The notes under the pieces: model-generated | What the model saw: the letters and a program-made list of their open reading frames with translations, nothing else | Databases searched by the model: none | What the model was told of the DNA's origin: nothing | Shown here: positions 1 through 9,301 of the stretch, one piece after another | Layout: the number at the start of each line of letters is the position of its first letter | Numbering within the stretch: the stretch's first letter is position 1 | Made by a program: the position numbers and the translations under genes | Assembly: GCA_031367285.1 (NCBI GenBank) | Contig: JANLPN010000392.1 | Span: 197 to 64,196, forward strand | DNA length: 64,000 nt | Direction of reading: 5' to 3' | Origin: Betaproteobacteria bacterium | GTDB lineage: Bacteria > Pseudomonadota > Gammaproteobacteria > Burkholderiales > Burkholderiaceae_C

Positions 1-1394
1 TCCGGACGCAAGCGGAACTTCTGCGCATCGCGTTTGCTGTAACCGATTTTGTCCAGGATGTCGTTGGCCTGCTTGGGGTCGAACTGGGTGAACTGGCGCG
101 CCAGTTTTTCGTTGTACCAGGGGTGGCCGGGCCGAGGGCCGGTCTGGTAGGGCTCGGACTGCCCGAGGTACACCAGGTCGATGATCTCCTTGCGGTTCAT
201 GCCCAGCGAGAGCGCCTGGCGGAACTGCTTGTTGGCGAACATCTCGCGCATCTTCGGATCCTTGTGCGTCATGTTCAGGTAGATCTGCACCTGTTGCGCG
301 CCAGCGTTCACAAGCTCGATCAGGCGGTAACCGCCCTTTTGCATGTTCTGCGACAGCGTGGGTTTGTTCTGCAGCGAATCGATATGCCGTTCCTGGATGT
401 CAAGTTTGCCCGACAGGGCGTCCAGCATCAGCGATTCCACGTCCTGTGCAATGCTGAAGTTGAGGCGGTCGATATAGGGCAGCTGTTGCCCGCTCTGGTC
501 CACCTGCCAGAAGTACGCATTGCGTTCCATTACCACGCGCGTGACGCCGCCGGAATAGGCCTCGGTCACGACCCACGGGTCCAACGTCGGTTTTTCGACG
601 TTGCCCCAGCGCGCCGGGATCTCGATGTCGCCCATCTTGCCGCGGAAATACGCGGCCCAGTCGGTCATGTTTGCGGCCTTGGCCTGCGCCGCCACGTTCT
701 GGTTGTACTTGGGATGGAACTGGCTGCCGTAATGTTTGGGAAAAAGGGTCGGGTACTGGCCCAGTGGTGTCGCAAGCTGCTCCAGGAATAGCGCGTACGG
801 GCTGGCGAAGGTGAATTTGACGGTGGTGTCATTGACCTTGGTGACCACGGCGGGTTTGTTGGCGATCACCAGCGTGGACGGCACGGACTTGTACAACTCG
901 GCATTCTTGGCGCAGTCTTCGATCGAGAAAACAATATCGTCGGCTGTAAAAGGTTTGCCATCCGACCACTTCATGCCGGGGCGCAGCGTGAACGTGAACT
1001 CGGTCGAGTTGGCGTTCACCTCCCATTTGGAGGCCACACACGGCAGTACTTCGGTAAACGCCAGGTTCCAGCGCACCAGGCCCTGGTTACCCACCATACG
1101 CAGGATGCCGTTGTGGTCGGCGCTGCCGCGCAGGCCGCGGCGCAAGGCACCCCCGTAGGTGCCGACCTTTTCCGCCTGTATCACCAGCGGGACCGAAGGC
1201 AGGCGTTGCGCCAACGCCGGTAATTTGCCGTCGCTCACCATCTTGGCCAGAGCCGGGGCCTCTTTGGCTTGCTGTGCCAGGGCGTTGCCAGCCATGCCGG
1301 CCAGGGCAGCGGCGCCCGCAAAACCCTTGAGCACCGTGCGGCGCTTGGCGCTGGCCGGAGGCAGGAAGTTGGATGGTGGCTTAGATGTGGACAT
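1..1394 (-). CDS. ABC transporter substrate-binding protein, family 5 (peptide/nickel type), Tat signal; 3' end runs off window
   Basis: Own translation from ATG at 1394 (AGGAG upstream): MSTSKPPSNF...KRRTVLKG (twin-Arg)...GTYGG...TFTLRPGMKWSDGKPFTADD (family 5 motif). Absent from the ORF track because no stop lies in the window. Confidence 0.88.
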   Translation of the reverse strand, partial: MSTSKPPSNFLPPASAKRRTVLKGFAGAAALAGMAGNALAQQAKEAPALAKMVSDGKLPALAQRLPSVPLVIQAEKVGTYGGALRRGLRGSADHNGILRMVGNQGLVRWNLAFTEVLPCVASKWEVNANSTEFTFTLRPGMKWSDGKPFTADDIVFSIEDCAKNAELYKSVPSTLVIANKPAVVTKVNDTTVKFTFASPYALFLEQLATPLGQYPTLFPKHYGSQFHPKYNQNVAAQAKAANMTDWAAYFRGKMGDIEIPARWGNVEKPTLDPWVVTEAYSGGVTRVVMERNAYFWQVDQSGQQLPYIDRLNFSIAQDVESLMLDALSGKLDIQERHIDSLQNKPTLSQNMQKGGYRLIELVNAGAQQVQIYLNMTHKDPKMREMFANKQFRQALSLGMNRKEIIDLVYLGQSEPYQTGPRPGHPWYNEKLARQFTQFDPKQANDILDKIGYSKRDAQKFRLRP

Positions 1395-1428
1395 GAACGG
1401 ACTCCTGAGGGATATTCTTGGCACTACT

Positions 1429-1566
1429 TTGTCAGACAAATTTTGGGCTGTCAAGCAAGGTTAAACCCTGATAGGGTTGAATTCCGGCCGTTAGCCTAGG
1501 TAATTTCCCTCATATGGAGCGGTTCGTGCGGATTATTTGTCTTACATCCACTAATGTGTCATACAA
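1429..1566. promoter_or_regulatory. Three FadR/GntR-type operator-like sites in a divergent promoter region
   Basis: TTGTCAGACAA 1429-1439 (within perfect TTTGTC-A-GACAAA), TTGTCTTACAT 1537-1547 and GTGTCATACAA 1556-1566 fit the FadR-subfamily TKGT-N-ACMA style. A FadR gene lies at 2565. Confidence 0.6.
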
Positions 1567-1587
1567 TAATTTTGCCGTGGCCGCGCC

Positions 1588-2544
1588 ATGGCCATACCCT
1601 TCGAACCACCCGCCTGCCCCGCCATGAATACTTCCCCGCTGCAGCTTGAAGAGTTCTCGGCGTCGGTGCTGGCCGTGCCGCCCTTGGCGCGGCACCCCGA
1701 CCTGTCGCTGGACGTGGCGCAGAACCGCAAGTTGATCCGCCATATCGAGGCCGGTGGTCACCGGACCTTGCTCTACGGTGGCAATGCCAACCTGTACCAC
1801 TGCTCGGTGCAGGACTTTGCGCAGCTGCTCGACCTGCTGGCGGAGAACACAGCCCCCGCCACCCGGGTGATCCCGGCCATTGGCCCGGACTTCGGCAAGA
1901 TGATGGACCAGGCGCGCCTGTTGCGCGGAACCGGCTACCGTACCGCCATGGTGTTGCCCATGCTGGGTTTCACCACCCCCGAAGGCGTGGCTGACGGCAT
2001 ATCCCGGTTCGTGGATTTCGCCGGTATTCCGGTCACGCTGTATCTCAAGAACGAGCACAGCATCACCATCGAAGCTCTCGGGCGGCTGGTGGACGCTGGC
2101 CACATCGTCGCTGTCAAATACGCGGTGGTGCGCGACGACCCGGTCCAGGACCCCTACCTGAGCGCACTGGTGCAACGTATCGGTGCCGCGCGCATCGTGA
2201 GTGGCATGGGCGAGCGCCCGGCCGTGGTGCATCTGGCGCACTTCGGCCTGGCGTCTTTCACCACCGGCTCCGGGTGTATCGCACCCAGGGCGGCCATGCA
2301 GTTGTTGGGTGCGCTCAAGCGCCGCGACGTCGTGGCGGCAGAAACCATCCACGCCCGTTTCATGCCCATGGAAGACCTGCGCGAGGCGATCTCGCTGATC
2401 CGCGTACTGCACGATGCCGTCACCCTGTCGGGCATTGCCGACATGGGGCCGCATCTGCCCCTGCTCAGTGCCTCGCCGGCCGACCGGTTTGCCGAGATCA
2501 AGGCCCGGGCCGACGATTTGCTGTCCCTGGACCGGGACTTTTGA
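1588..2544 (+). CDS. Dihydrodipicolinate synthase (DapA)-family lyase/dehydratase, substrate unknown
   Basis: TIM-barrel pattern with LYGGNAN, Tyr in VTLYLK and Schiff-base Lys in VAVKYAV. Alternative start ATG 1624. Confidence 0.8.
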   Translation: MAIPFEPPACPAMNTSPLQLEEFSASVLAVPPLARHPDLSLDVAQNRKLIRHIEAGGHRTLLYGGNANLYHCSVQDFAQLLDLLAENTAPATRVIPAIGPDFGKMMDQARLLRGTGYRTAMVLPMLGFTTPEGVADGISRFVDFAGIPVTLYLKNEHSITIEALGRLVDAGHIVAVKYAVVRDDPVQDPYLSALVQRIGAARIVSGMGERPAVVHLAHFGLASFTTGSGCIAPRAAMQLLGALKRRDVVAAETIHARFMPMEDLREAISLIRVLHDAVTLSGIADMGPHLPLLSASPADRFAEIKARADDLLSLDRDF

Positions 2545-2564
2545 CACATGGTCCGGGTACCGCG

Positions 2565-3254
2565 ATGAACACCAGCCTGGGCACCGGTCTGGTGGATCGC
2601 GTCTATCGCGAAATCCTGGGCTCCATCATGGACGGGGAGTTCAACGAAGGCGACAAACTGCCGACCGAGCTCGCGCTCACCGAACGTTTCACCGCCTCGC
2701 GTCCGACCATACGCGAAGCCCTGTCGCGCCTGCGTGCCGACGGCATCACCAGCACGCGCCAGGGTTCGGGCACCTTCGTCAAGCGCCGGCCCGACCCCGA
2801 TCTGCCGCGCTTCACACCGCTGGAAACCATCTCCGACGTGCAGCGCTGTTTCGACTTTCGCATCGTGGTCGAATCGGGTGCCGCGGCTCTGGCCGCCAGC
2901 ATGGCCAGCGATGGCGACCTGCAGGAGATCGAGCAGCGCTTCTCCCAACTCGATACCGTCATCGCCGAGCAGGCCCTGGGGTCCACCGAAGACTTCGACT
3001 TTCACCTGGCGGTCGCGCGTGCCTCGCGCAACCAGTTTTTTGTATCGGCCATTGCGTCGATGCAGGAGCAGGTGCTGGTGAGCATGACACTCATGCGCAG
3101 CCTCTCCCTGCTCAAAAGCGTCGAGCGCCAGAAGCTGGTGCAGGCTGAACACGAGGTAATTCTGGCGGCCCTGAAAAGGCGCGATGCCGAAGCGGCCGGC
3201 CAGGCGATGCGCCTGCATCTGGAAAACGCCCGCAACCGGATGTTCGGCAAGTAA
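2565..3254 (+). CDS. GntR-family (FadR subfamily) transcriptional regulator
   Basis: wHTH GDKLPTELALTERFTASRPTIREAL...RQGSGTFV plus FCD domain (DFDFHLAVARASRN, EHEVILAALKRRD). ATG at 2565. Confidence 0.93.
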   Translation: MNTSLGTGLVDRVYREILGSIMDGEFNEGDKLPTELALTERFTASRPTIREALSRLRADGITSTRQGSGTFVKRRPDPDLPRFTPLETISDVQRCFDFRIVVESGAAALAASMASDGDLQEIEQRFSQLDTVIAEQALGSTEDFDFHLAVARASRNQFFVSAIASMQEQVLVSMTLMRSLSLLKSVERQKLVQAEHEVILAALKRRDAEAAGQAMRLHLENARNRMFGK

Positions 3255-3391
3255 ACACGATACAGCTTGGACGGCCGGCTCCCGACCGCCTTGTGCCGGC
3301 GAATACTTCGACCTGTGATCGCGTCCCTGGGTGCGGGATCATGCGCGTGAACCATGCCATTTGGAACCGAACACGTCGAAAGGACGAAATC

Positions 3392-3407
3392 TATACTGTA
3401 TAGTATA
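3392..3407. promoter_or_regulatory. Perfect TATACT-N4-AGTATA operator upstream of Bug gene
   Basis: TATACTGTATAGTATA, flanked by a wider GACGAAA...TTTCGTC inverted repeat, about 50 bp before ATG 3457. Confidence 0.7.
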
Positions 3408-3456
3408 TTTTTCGTCGATCCATCCGGGATACCCCGGGGACACTGAAAGCCTTGCC

Positions 3457-4431
3457 ATGCTGATTCGAAGCCTTTTATCGCTTGCTTTCCTGTTGACTGC
3501 CTGCGGCTTGTCCGGCGCACAGGAATTTCCCGGCAAGCCGATACACATCGTTATTCCCTACGCACCGGGAGGCGGCAGCGACATACTTGCGCGCCCGCTT
3601 GCACCGGATATGGCGGAGCGGCTCAAGCAATCGGTGGTGATCGACAACAAGGGGGGTGCCGCAGGCAATATAGGCACCCAGATGGTTGCGCACGCGGAGC
3701 CGGATGGATACACGCTGCTGATGGCCAACAACTCCCAGGCCATCAATCCGTTCATCTACAAAAACCCGGGCTATGACCTGGCAGCGGACTTCGTGCCTAT
3801 CTCGCTGGTGGGTACTTCGCCAGCCATCGTAGTGGTGCACAGGTCATTGCCGGTGACCAGTCTCAAGGAGTTCGTGGCGCTGGCCCAGAAGAGCCCCGGC
3901 AAACTCAACTTCGGCAGTCCCGGAGCCGGCACCCCGGGCCATCTGGCGTCCCTGTTGTTCAACAAACTGGCCGGCATCAATCTGGTCCATATCGCCTACA
4001 AGGGCTCGGGACCTACCACCATGGCATTGCTTCAAAAGGAAGTAGACGTGTTTTTTGGTACCCCCGCCGCCGTGGAGCCCTACATCAAATCAGGCGATTT
4101 CCGTGCGCTTGCTGTCACTTCCAGGGAACGGTTCGCCGCCTTTCCAACCGTGCCGACCGTGGCTGAGTCCGCCATTGCCGGTGTTCCCGCCGATTTCAAT
4201 ATCCAGATCTGGTGGGGCCTGCTTGCGCCGGCCCGAACCGATCCGCGCGTGCTGGACAAATTGCAGGCGGCAGTGGCGGCCGCGGTGCGGGACCCCAAGA
4301 TCAGCGAGCGTTGGCTGGCGCAAGGCATGGTGCCTACGAGCACTTCACGCGCGGAGTTCCAGGCGCTGATCAAGAGCGAGTTGCAGAAGTGGGAAAAAGT
4401 CGTGCGCGAAAACAACATCACGGCGGAGTAA
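3457..4431 (+). CDS. Bug/TctC-family tripartite tricarboxylate transporter substrate-binding protein
   Basis: Signal peptide; PYAPGGGSDILAR, IDNKGGAAGNIG, YKGSGP, W-x-GLLAPA motifs. Confidence 0.93.
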   Translation: MLIRSLLSLAFLLTACGLSGAQEFPGKPIHIVIPYAPGGGSDILARPLAPDMAERLKQSVVIDNKGGAAGNIGTQMVAHAEPDGYTLLMANNSQAINPFIYKNPGYDLAADFVPISLVGTSPAIVVVHRSLPVTSLKEFVALAQKSPGKLNFGSPGAGTPGHLASLLFNKLAGINLVHIAYKGSGPTTMALLQKEVDVFFGTPAAVEPYIKSGDFRALAVTSRERFAAFPTVPTVAESAIAGVPADFNIQIWWGLLAPARTDPRVLDKLQAAVAAAVRDPKISERWLAQGMVPTSTSRAEFQALIKSELQKWEKVVRENNITAE

Positions 4432-4453
4432 GTCACCCGCCTGGGCGCGCAAT

Positions 4454-5392
4454 ATGCCACTCGCTCCGGAGATCAGCAGCCTGCTGGTGGCGGTCAATGC
4501 CCAGCCGCCCATGCACCAGGTGCCCATCGCGCAATTGCGCAGGACGCGCGAGCGTATTGGAGCCACGGACTTCCAGCCGGTAGGCAAAGTCGTCGATCAG
4601 ACGATTGCGGGTCCTGCAGGGTCGATTCCGCTGCGCCTCTACGCGCCCGAGGGCGATTTGAGGGAACTTCCGCTCGTCATTTTTTTCCATGGCGGTGGCT
4701 TTGTTTTTGGCAGCGTGGACGGTTATTACGACCACGTCTGCCGGGTCTTCTGCGCGCAGGTGCGATGCCGCGTCATCTCGGTTGCCTACCGGCTCGCTCC
4801 GGACGACAAGTTTCCAGCCGCAACCGACGATTGTTATGCCGCGCTGCAATGGGCGGTTGCGCACGGGAATGACCTCGGCATTGACACGGGGAAGGTGTTC
4901 CTGGCCGGGGGCAGCGCCGGCGCCAATCTGGCGGCGGTGACCGCGCTGCGCGCACGCGACGCAGGCGGACCGGTTTTGCGTGGGCAGGTTCTGTTCTATC
5001 CGGTCGCCGATTACCATACGCCGCCAACCGCATCGTCGCTGGATTTCTCCGAGGGCTATTACCTGACGCGTGCCGACGTTGTATGGTTCTGGGAGCAGTA
5101 CTTGCGCGACGCGGCCGATGCGGACAACTCCTACGCCGTGCCCATGCGCGCTACAACGCTGGCCAAATTGCCACCCGCGCTGGTCATCACCGCTGAATAC
5201 GACCCATTGCGGGATGAGGGCGAACACTACGCCCGGCGTCTGGTCGAACACGGCGTCCAGGTAACGCTCACCCGCTACCCCGGCATGGTGCACGGCTTCC
5301 TGGCTTTTCCGACCGACCAGGCGTCCGCGGCCTTGCAGGAAGCCGTGGTGTGGATCAAGTCTTTGGCGGGAGCAGCGACTGCATCGAGCTAG
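4454..5392 (+). CDS. Alpha/beta hydrolase, HSL-family esterase
   Basis: HGGGF oxyanion motif, YRLAP, GGSAG nucleophile elbow, EYDPLRDEG, HGF. Confidence 0.92.
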   Translation: MPLAPEISSLLVAVNAQPPMHQVPIAQLRRTRERIGATDFQPVGKVVDQTIAGPAGSIPLRLYAPEGDLRELPLVIFFHGGGFVFGSVDGYYDHVCRVFCAQVRCRVISVAYRLAPDDKFPAATDDCYAALQWAVAHGNDLGIDTGKVFLAGGSAGANLAAVTALRARDAGGPVLRGQVLFYPVADYHTPPTASSLDFSEGYYLTRADVVWFWEQYLRDAADADNSYAVPMRATTLAKLPPALVITAEYDPLRDEGEHYARRLVEHGVQVTLTRYPGMVHGFLAFPTDQASAALQEAVVWIKSLAGAATASS

Positions 5393-5486
5393 GTTTCGGG
5401 CGCATCCCGTTGGTGCGGCGCCATTGCGTCCAGGCTGGCACAAACGCGCAGGTACTTGATGCCGGTGATAGTAGGCATGGAGTGTG

Positions 5487-5514
5487 AGGGTTAACCCTTA
5501 TTTACTGACCAGTA
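5487..5514. promoter_or_regulatory. AGGGTTAACCCT palindrome plus TACT-N4-AGTA operator core
   Basis: AGGGTTAACCCT 5487-5498 and TACTGACCAGTA 5503-5514 in an AT-rich intergenic region upstream of the 5.6-15.1 kb operon. Confidence 0.55.
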
Positions 5515-5604
5515 GTTAATAAATACCATACGGCATATCTGCAATCTTGTTAGTAAATTGTGGCATGTGCAAGCCGGAGTCTTCCCGGCCCCGGCCCCTG
5601 GCGA

Positions 5605-6085
5605 ATCGTCAACGAAGGGAAAACTTCCGTGGTCACCATTCCCAAATCTCCCTACACCCAACCCGAGATGTTCCAGGCGGACGTGATGGAGCTGGACAAC
5701 AAGTGGTACTCGCTTGGCAAGATGGGCATGGTGCGCCCGCTGACGTGGAACAGCGCCGTCATCTTGCCGGCGGCCGCGTGGGCTGGAACATCGTCTCTGG
5801 CTTCAGCCAGGCCGAGCAACTGGCCAGCGGCCTGGGCACCCAGACGCCCCATGAAGAGCGTTACGACCAGGCCGAGCGTCGCGGGCATGAAGAAAAGCAT
5901 GGACCAACTGCGCACCGCGGCCGACCTGCATGGCCACAAGGAAGAGCTCAAGGTGCTGTTGGGCCTGCAACCCATCATCCGTAGTACCGAGGCTGAGGCA
6001 CGCCAGCGCGCCGAAGAACTGGCGGAGCGGATTCCGTACCGCCTACGAAGGCGAGAGTTTCCGCGCCAACCTGATGGCCGGCTGA
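5605..6085 (+). pseudogene. Collapsed remnant of an NtaA/SnaA/DmoA-type LLM monooxygenase, preceded by an unidentified coding fragment
   Basis: Family fragments occur in three reading frames: HLAGGRVGWNIVSG...HEERYDQAE; KEELKVLLGLQPIIRSTEAEARQRAEEL; FRTAYEGESFRANLMAG* (TGA 6083-6085). About 330 bp remain of a gene normally about 1.3 kb. Confidence 0.75.
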
Positions 6086-6098
6086 AGGTCACGCCACC

Positions 6099-7190
6099 AT
6101 GAATACCGCTTTGGCCGAACCGGAACCAACCACCATCGACCCGATGGAGCTGCGCCGCTGCCTGGGCTCCTTCGTCACCGGCGTCACCGTCATCACCGCG
6201 CTGTCCGAGGACGGTACGCCGATAGGCATGACGGCCAACTCGTTCAACTCGGTGTCGCTCGACCCGCCGCTGATCGTCTGGAGCCTGCGCATGAATGCGC
6301 GCGCCTTTGCGGTCTACAGCCAGGCCAAGCGGTTTGTCGTCAACATCCTGTCCGAGGAGCAGGTCGATGTCTCGAACCGTTTCGCCAAGTCGGGGCCAAA
6401 CCGTTTCGATGGTGTTGCCGTCACGGCCGGTATCGAAGGCGTGCCGCTGATCGACGGATGTTCGGCGCACCTGGAGTGCCGCACCGAGACGGTCTATCCG
6501 GGTGGCGACCACCTGCTGTTCCTGGGCCGCGTCGAGCGCATCGTGGGCAGCGCGCGCAAGCCATTGGCCTTTGGCGCCGGCAAGTACATGGTGGTGCACC
6601 CTTACGACAATTCGGCCAACGCGGATTTCGGCTCGGGCAATGTGGCAAGCCTGAACGCGGTACACCTGGCCCGTCCGGTGCTGGAAGAGCTGAACCGCGA
6701 GACCGACAAGACGGTTGGACTGGGCGTCTGGGGCAACCTCGGGCCTACGCTGATCTGGTGGATAGAGGCGCGCAAACCGCTTGAAAACCGCCTGCGTTGC
6801 GGCATGGTCATCCCGCTGCTGGGTTCCTCCACTGGCAAGGTGTTCGCCGCCTTTTCATCGCCCCAGTTGACCGAGCGTTACTTGCAGGCCGAAATCGCCG
6901 CCATGCGGCACCTCAAGGACGCGCCGTTCACCACCCGTGAAGCGGTGGAAGAACATCTGGTGCAGGTACGCGAAGAGCGCCTGGCGTCGATCCACAACGC
7001 CATCTTGGCCGACGTCAATGAACGCGGTGTGAGCGCCGTCAGCGCGCCGGTGTTTGACGCGGGCGGCGCCATCGTGCTGGCGCTCACCATGATGGGCAAC
7101 GCCGACGAGTTCGACGAACACAACCCGGCCGTCGAGCACCTGCGTGAAGCCGCGAGAAAGTTGTCCGCGCGCCTGGGGTACAAGTCATGA
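6099..7190 (+). CDS. Flavin reductase domain fused to an IclR-type effector-binding domain (no HTH)
   Basis: N-half LRRCLGSFVTGVTVIT, TANSFNSVSLDPPL, GGDHLLFLGRV. C-half ETDKTVGLGVW, PLLGSSTGKVFAAF, VSAVSAPVFDAGG. Confidence 0.85.
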   Translation: MNTALAEPEPTTIDPMELRRCLGSFVTGVTVITALSEDGTPIGMTANSFNSVSLDPPLIVWSLRMNARAFAVYSQAKRFVVNILSEEQVDVSNRFAKSGPNRFDGVAVTAGIEGVPLIDGCSAHLECRTETVYPGGDHLLFLGRVERIVGSARKPLAFGAGKYMVVHPYDNSANADFGSGNVASLNAVHLARPVLEELNRETDKTVGLGVWGNLGPTLIWWIEARKPLENRLRCGMVIPLLGSSTGKVFAAFSSPQLTERYLQAEIAAMRHLKDAPFTTREAVEEHLVQVREERLASIHNAILADVNERGVSAVSAPVFDAGGAIVLALTMMGNADEFDEHNPAVEHLREAARKLSARLGYKS

Positions 7191-8077
7191 GCGGGATGGC
7201 CACCCACAACGCTTGGGGCCGCTGGGGCGCCGAGGACGAGCGCGGCGCGGTCAACACCATCGGCCCCGACCAGGTGCGCCGGGCCACGGCCCTGGTACGC
7301 ACCGGCGAGGTGCTGCGGCTGGCGCAACTGTTGTCCGACAAGACGCCGGTGCCGGCGCACCGTTGCGGTCTGCAACATTTCATGGGCCGGGACGGCGGCG
7401 ACTACGCCATCGCCGGCAGCAAACGCCCAGGTGGTTTCCAGTTTGCCGAAGACTCGGTGGTGATGCCGCTGCACATTGGCACCCATGTGGACGCCTTGTG
7501 CCACGCCTGGTACGACGACAAACTCTACAACGGCTACCTGGGCGACACGATACGCAGCACTACCGGCGCGGGGCGGCTCGGGGTCGAGAAAATGCCGCCG
7601 GTCGTGACGCGCGGCGTCTTGCTGGATTTTGTGCGGCTCAAGGGGCGTGTGCTGGCCGACGGTGAATCCATTGGTGTGGCCGACCTGGAAGCCGCGGCGG
7701 CGGCGGCCGGTGTACAGATTGAGAAGGGCGACGCGGTGTTGCTGCGTACCGGCTGGCTGGAAGCGCAAAAGGGTGTGAAACACCCGTCCTTCAACGAGGA
7801 ACCCGGCATCGACGTGGACGCGGCCCTGTGGCTGGCCGAGCGCTCGGTAGCCATGGTGGGCGCCGACAACTTTGCCATCGAGGTCCTGCCGTTTGCCCCG
7901 GGCAAGGTGTTTCCGGTGCACCAGTTGCTGATCCGCGACTACGGTGTGCCGCTGCTCGAAGGGCTGATGCTCGACCCCCTGGTGGCCAGCGGCCGCCATG
8001 AGTTCCTGTTTGTGGCCAGCCCCTTGCCCATTGTCGGCGCCACCGGCAGCCCGCTGGCGCCGGTAGCCGTACTTTGA
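7187..8077 (+). CDS. Cyclase-family (KynB/isatin hydrolase-like) metal-dependent amidohydrolase
   Basis: HxGTHxD metal motif (HIGTHVD), GDAVLLRTGW, GADN, LLEGL. ATGA-coupled to the upstream gene. Confidence 0.88.
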   Translation: MSGMATHNAWGRWGAEDERGAVNTIGPDQVRRATALVRTGEVLRLAQLLSDKTPVPAHRCGLQHFMGRDGGDYAIAGSKRPGGFQFAEDSVVMPLHIGTHVDALCHAWYDDKLYNGYLGDTIRSTTGAGRLGVEKMPPVVTRGVLLDFVRLKGRVLADGESIGVADLEAAAAAAGVQIEKGDAVLLRTGWLEAQKGVKHPSFNEEPGIDVDAALWLAERSVAMVGADNFAIEVLPFAPGKVFPVHQLLIRDYGVPLLEGLMLDPLVASGRHEFLFVASPLPIVGATGSPLAPVAVL

Positions 8078-8082
8078 AAACC

Positions 8083-9288
8083 ATGAAAAAACAAAGGCCG
8101 CTTGAGGGCATTCGTATCCTGGAGATCGCCTCGATGATTTTCGGCCCGGTGGCTGGGCAGTACCTGGGCGACATGGGCGCCGACGTGATCAAGCTTGAGC
8201 CGCCCGAAGGCGATTTGACGCGTTCGATAGGCCCGCGCCGGTCGCCGCGCATGGGCGCGTTTTTCCTGACCAGCAACCGCAGCAAACGCAGCATCGTGGT
8301 GGACCTGAAACGCCCCGAGGGTCGCGAAATACTGCAGCGCCTGGTCGCCAGGACCGACGTATTGCTGCATTCCATGCGCACGCCCGCCGCCAACCGGCTC
8401 GGGCTGGGGTATGAAACGCTGGTCAAGAGCAATCCGGCCCTGGTCTACTGCCATGTGACCGGTTATGGCGACGAGGGTCCCTACGGCGGCCGGCCCGCCT
8501 ACGACGACATCATCCAGGCCGCTTCGGGCCTGGCCATGATGCAGAAGGTGGTGGGCGGCGAGCCGCGTTTCGTGCCTACCATCATCGCCGACAAGATCAG
8601 CGGTGTACACGCGGCCTACGCCATCGTGCTGGCATTGATGCACCGCATGCGTACCGGAGAGGGGCAGCAGGTCGATGTGGCCATGTTCGAAACCATGGCG
8701 GCGTTCAATATGATGGAACACCAGTGGGGCCACGCTTTTGAGCCGCCGCTGGGCCCCATGGGTTATGCGCCGGTGATCTCGGCGGCCCGGCGACCCTACC
8801 GTACACAAGACGGGTACCTGGCGCTGCTGCCGTATTCGGATACGCACTGGCGGCGCTTTTTCGAGCTGGCCGGTGAGCCGCAAATCATGCAGGACGAGCG
8901 CTTCGCGACCTTTGCCGCGCGCCAGAAACATTTTCGCGCGGTGTGGGACGAGATCGAGCGCCAGGTCGCGCGCAAGACCAATGCCGAATGGTTGCGCCTG
9001 CTGACACCCGAGGACATTCCGTTCTCCCCGGTCAACGACATGCAAGACCTGCCCAACGACCCGCACCTCAAGGCGGTGAACTTCTGGAGTGTTGCCGAAC
9101 ACCCCACCGAAGGCAAGCTGCTGATCCCGGCCAACCCGCTGCGCATGAGCGCGTCGCCGCCCGAGGTAACCCGCTTGCCGCCCACACTGGGCCAGCACAG
9201 CGCCGAGATTCTGCGCGAATACGACTATGACGAGACCGACGTGGCACGGATGACCGCTGCGGGCGGAACCTGCGCTGCCGACATTTGA
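8083..9288 (+). CDS. Class III CoA-transferase (CaiB/BaiF family)
   Basis: PLEGIRILE, LGDMGADVIKLEPPEGD, NRSKRS, IADKISG (catalytic Asp), PPTLGQHS. Alternative TTG start 8074. Confidence 0.93.
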   Translation: MKKQRPLEGIRILEIASMIFGPVAGQYLGDMGADVIKLEPPEGDLTRSIGPRRSPRMGAFFLTSNRSKRSIVVDLKRPEGREILQRLVARTDVLLHSMRTPAANRLGLGYETLVKSNPALVYCHVTGYGDEGPYGGRPAYDDIIQAASGLAMMQKVVGGEPRFVPTIIADKISGVHAAYAIVLALMHRMRTGEGQQVDVAMFETMAAFNMMEHQWGHAFEPPLGPMGYAPVISAARRPYRTQDGYLALLPYSDTHWRRFFELAGEPQIMQDERFATFAARQKHFRAVWDEIERQVARKTNAEWLRLLTPEDIPFSPVNDMQDLPNDPHLKAVNFWSVAEHPTEGKLLIPANPLRMSASPPEVTRLPPTLGQHSAEILREYDYDETDVARMTAAGGTCAADI

Positions 9289-9301
9289 CCTGGCCCGTAC
9301 C

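Noticed and set aside
5389-5478. 29-aa minus-strand mini-ORF MPTITGIKYLRVCAS... divergent from the 5.6-kb operon
   Set aside because: No RBS and too short to assign. The resemblance to a VOC/dioxygenase N-terminus is too weak to claim.
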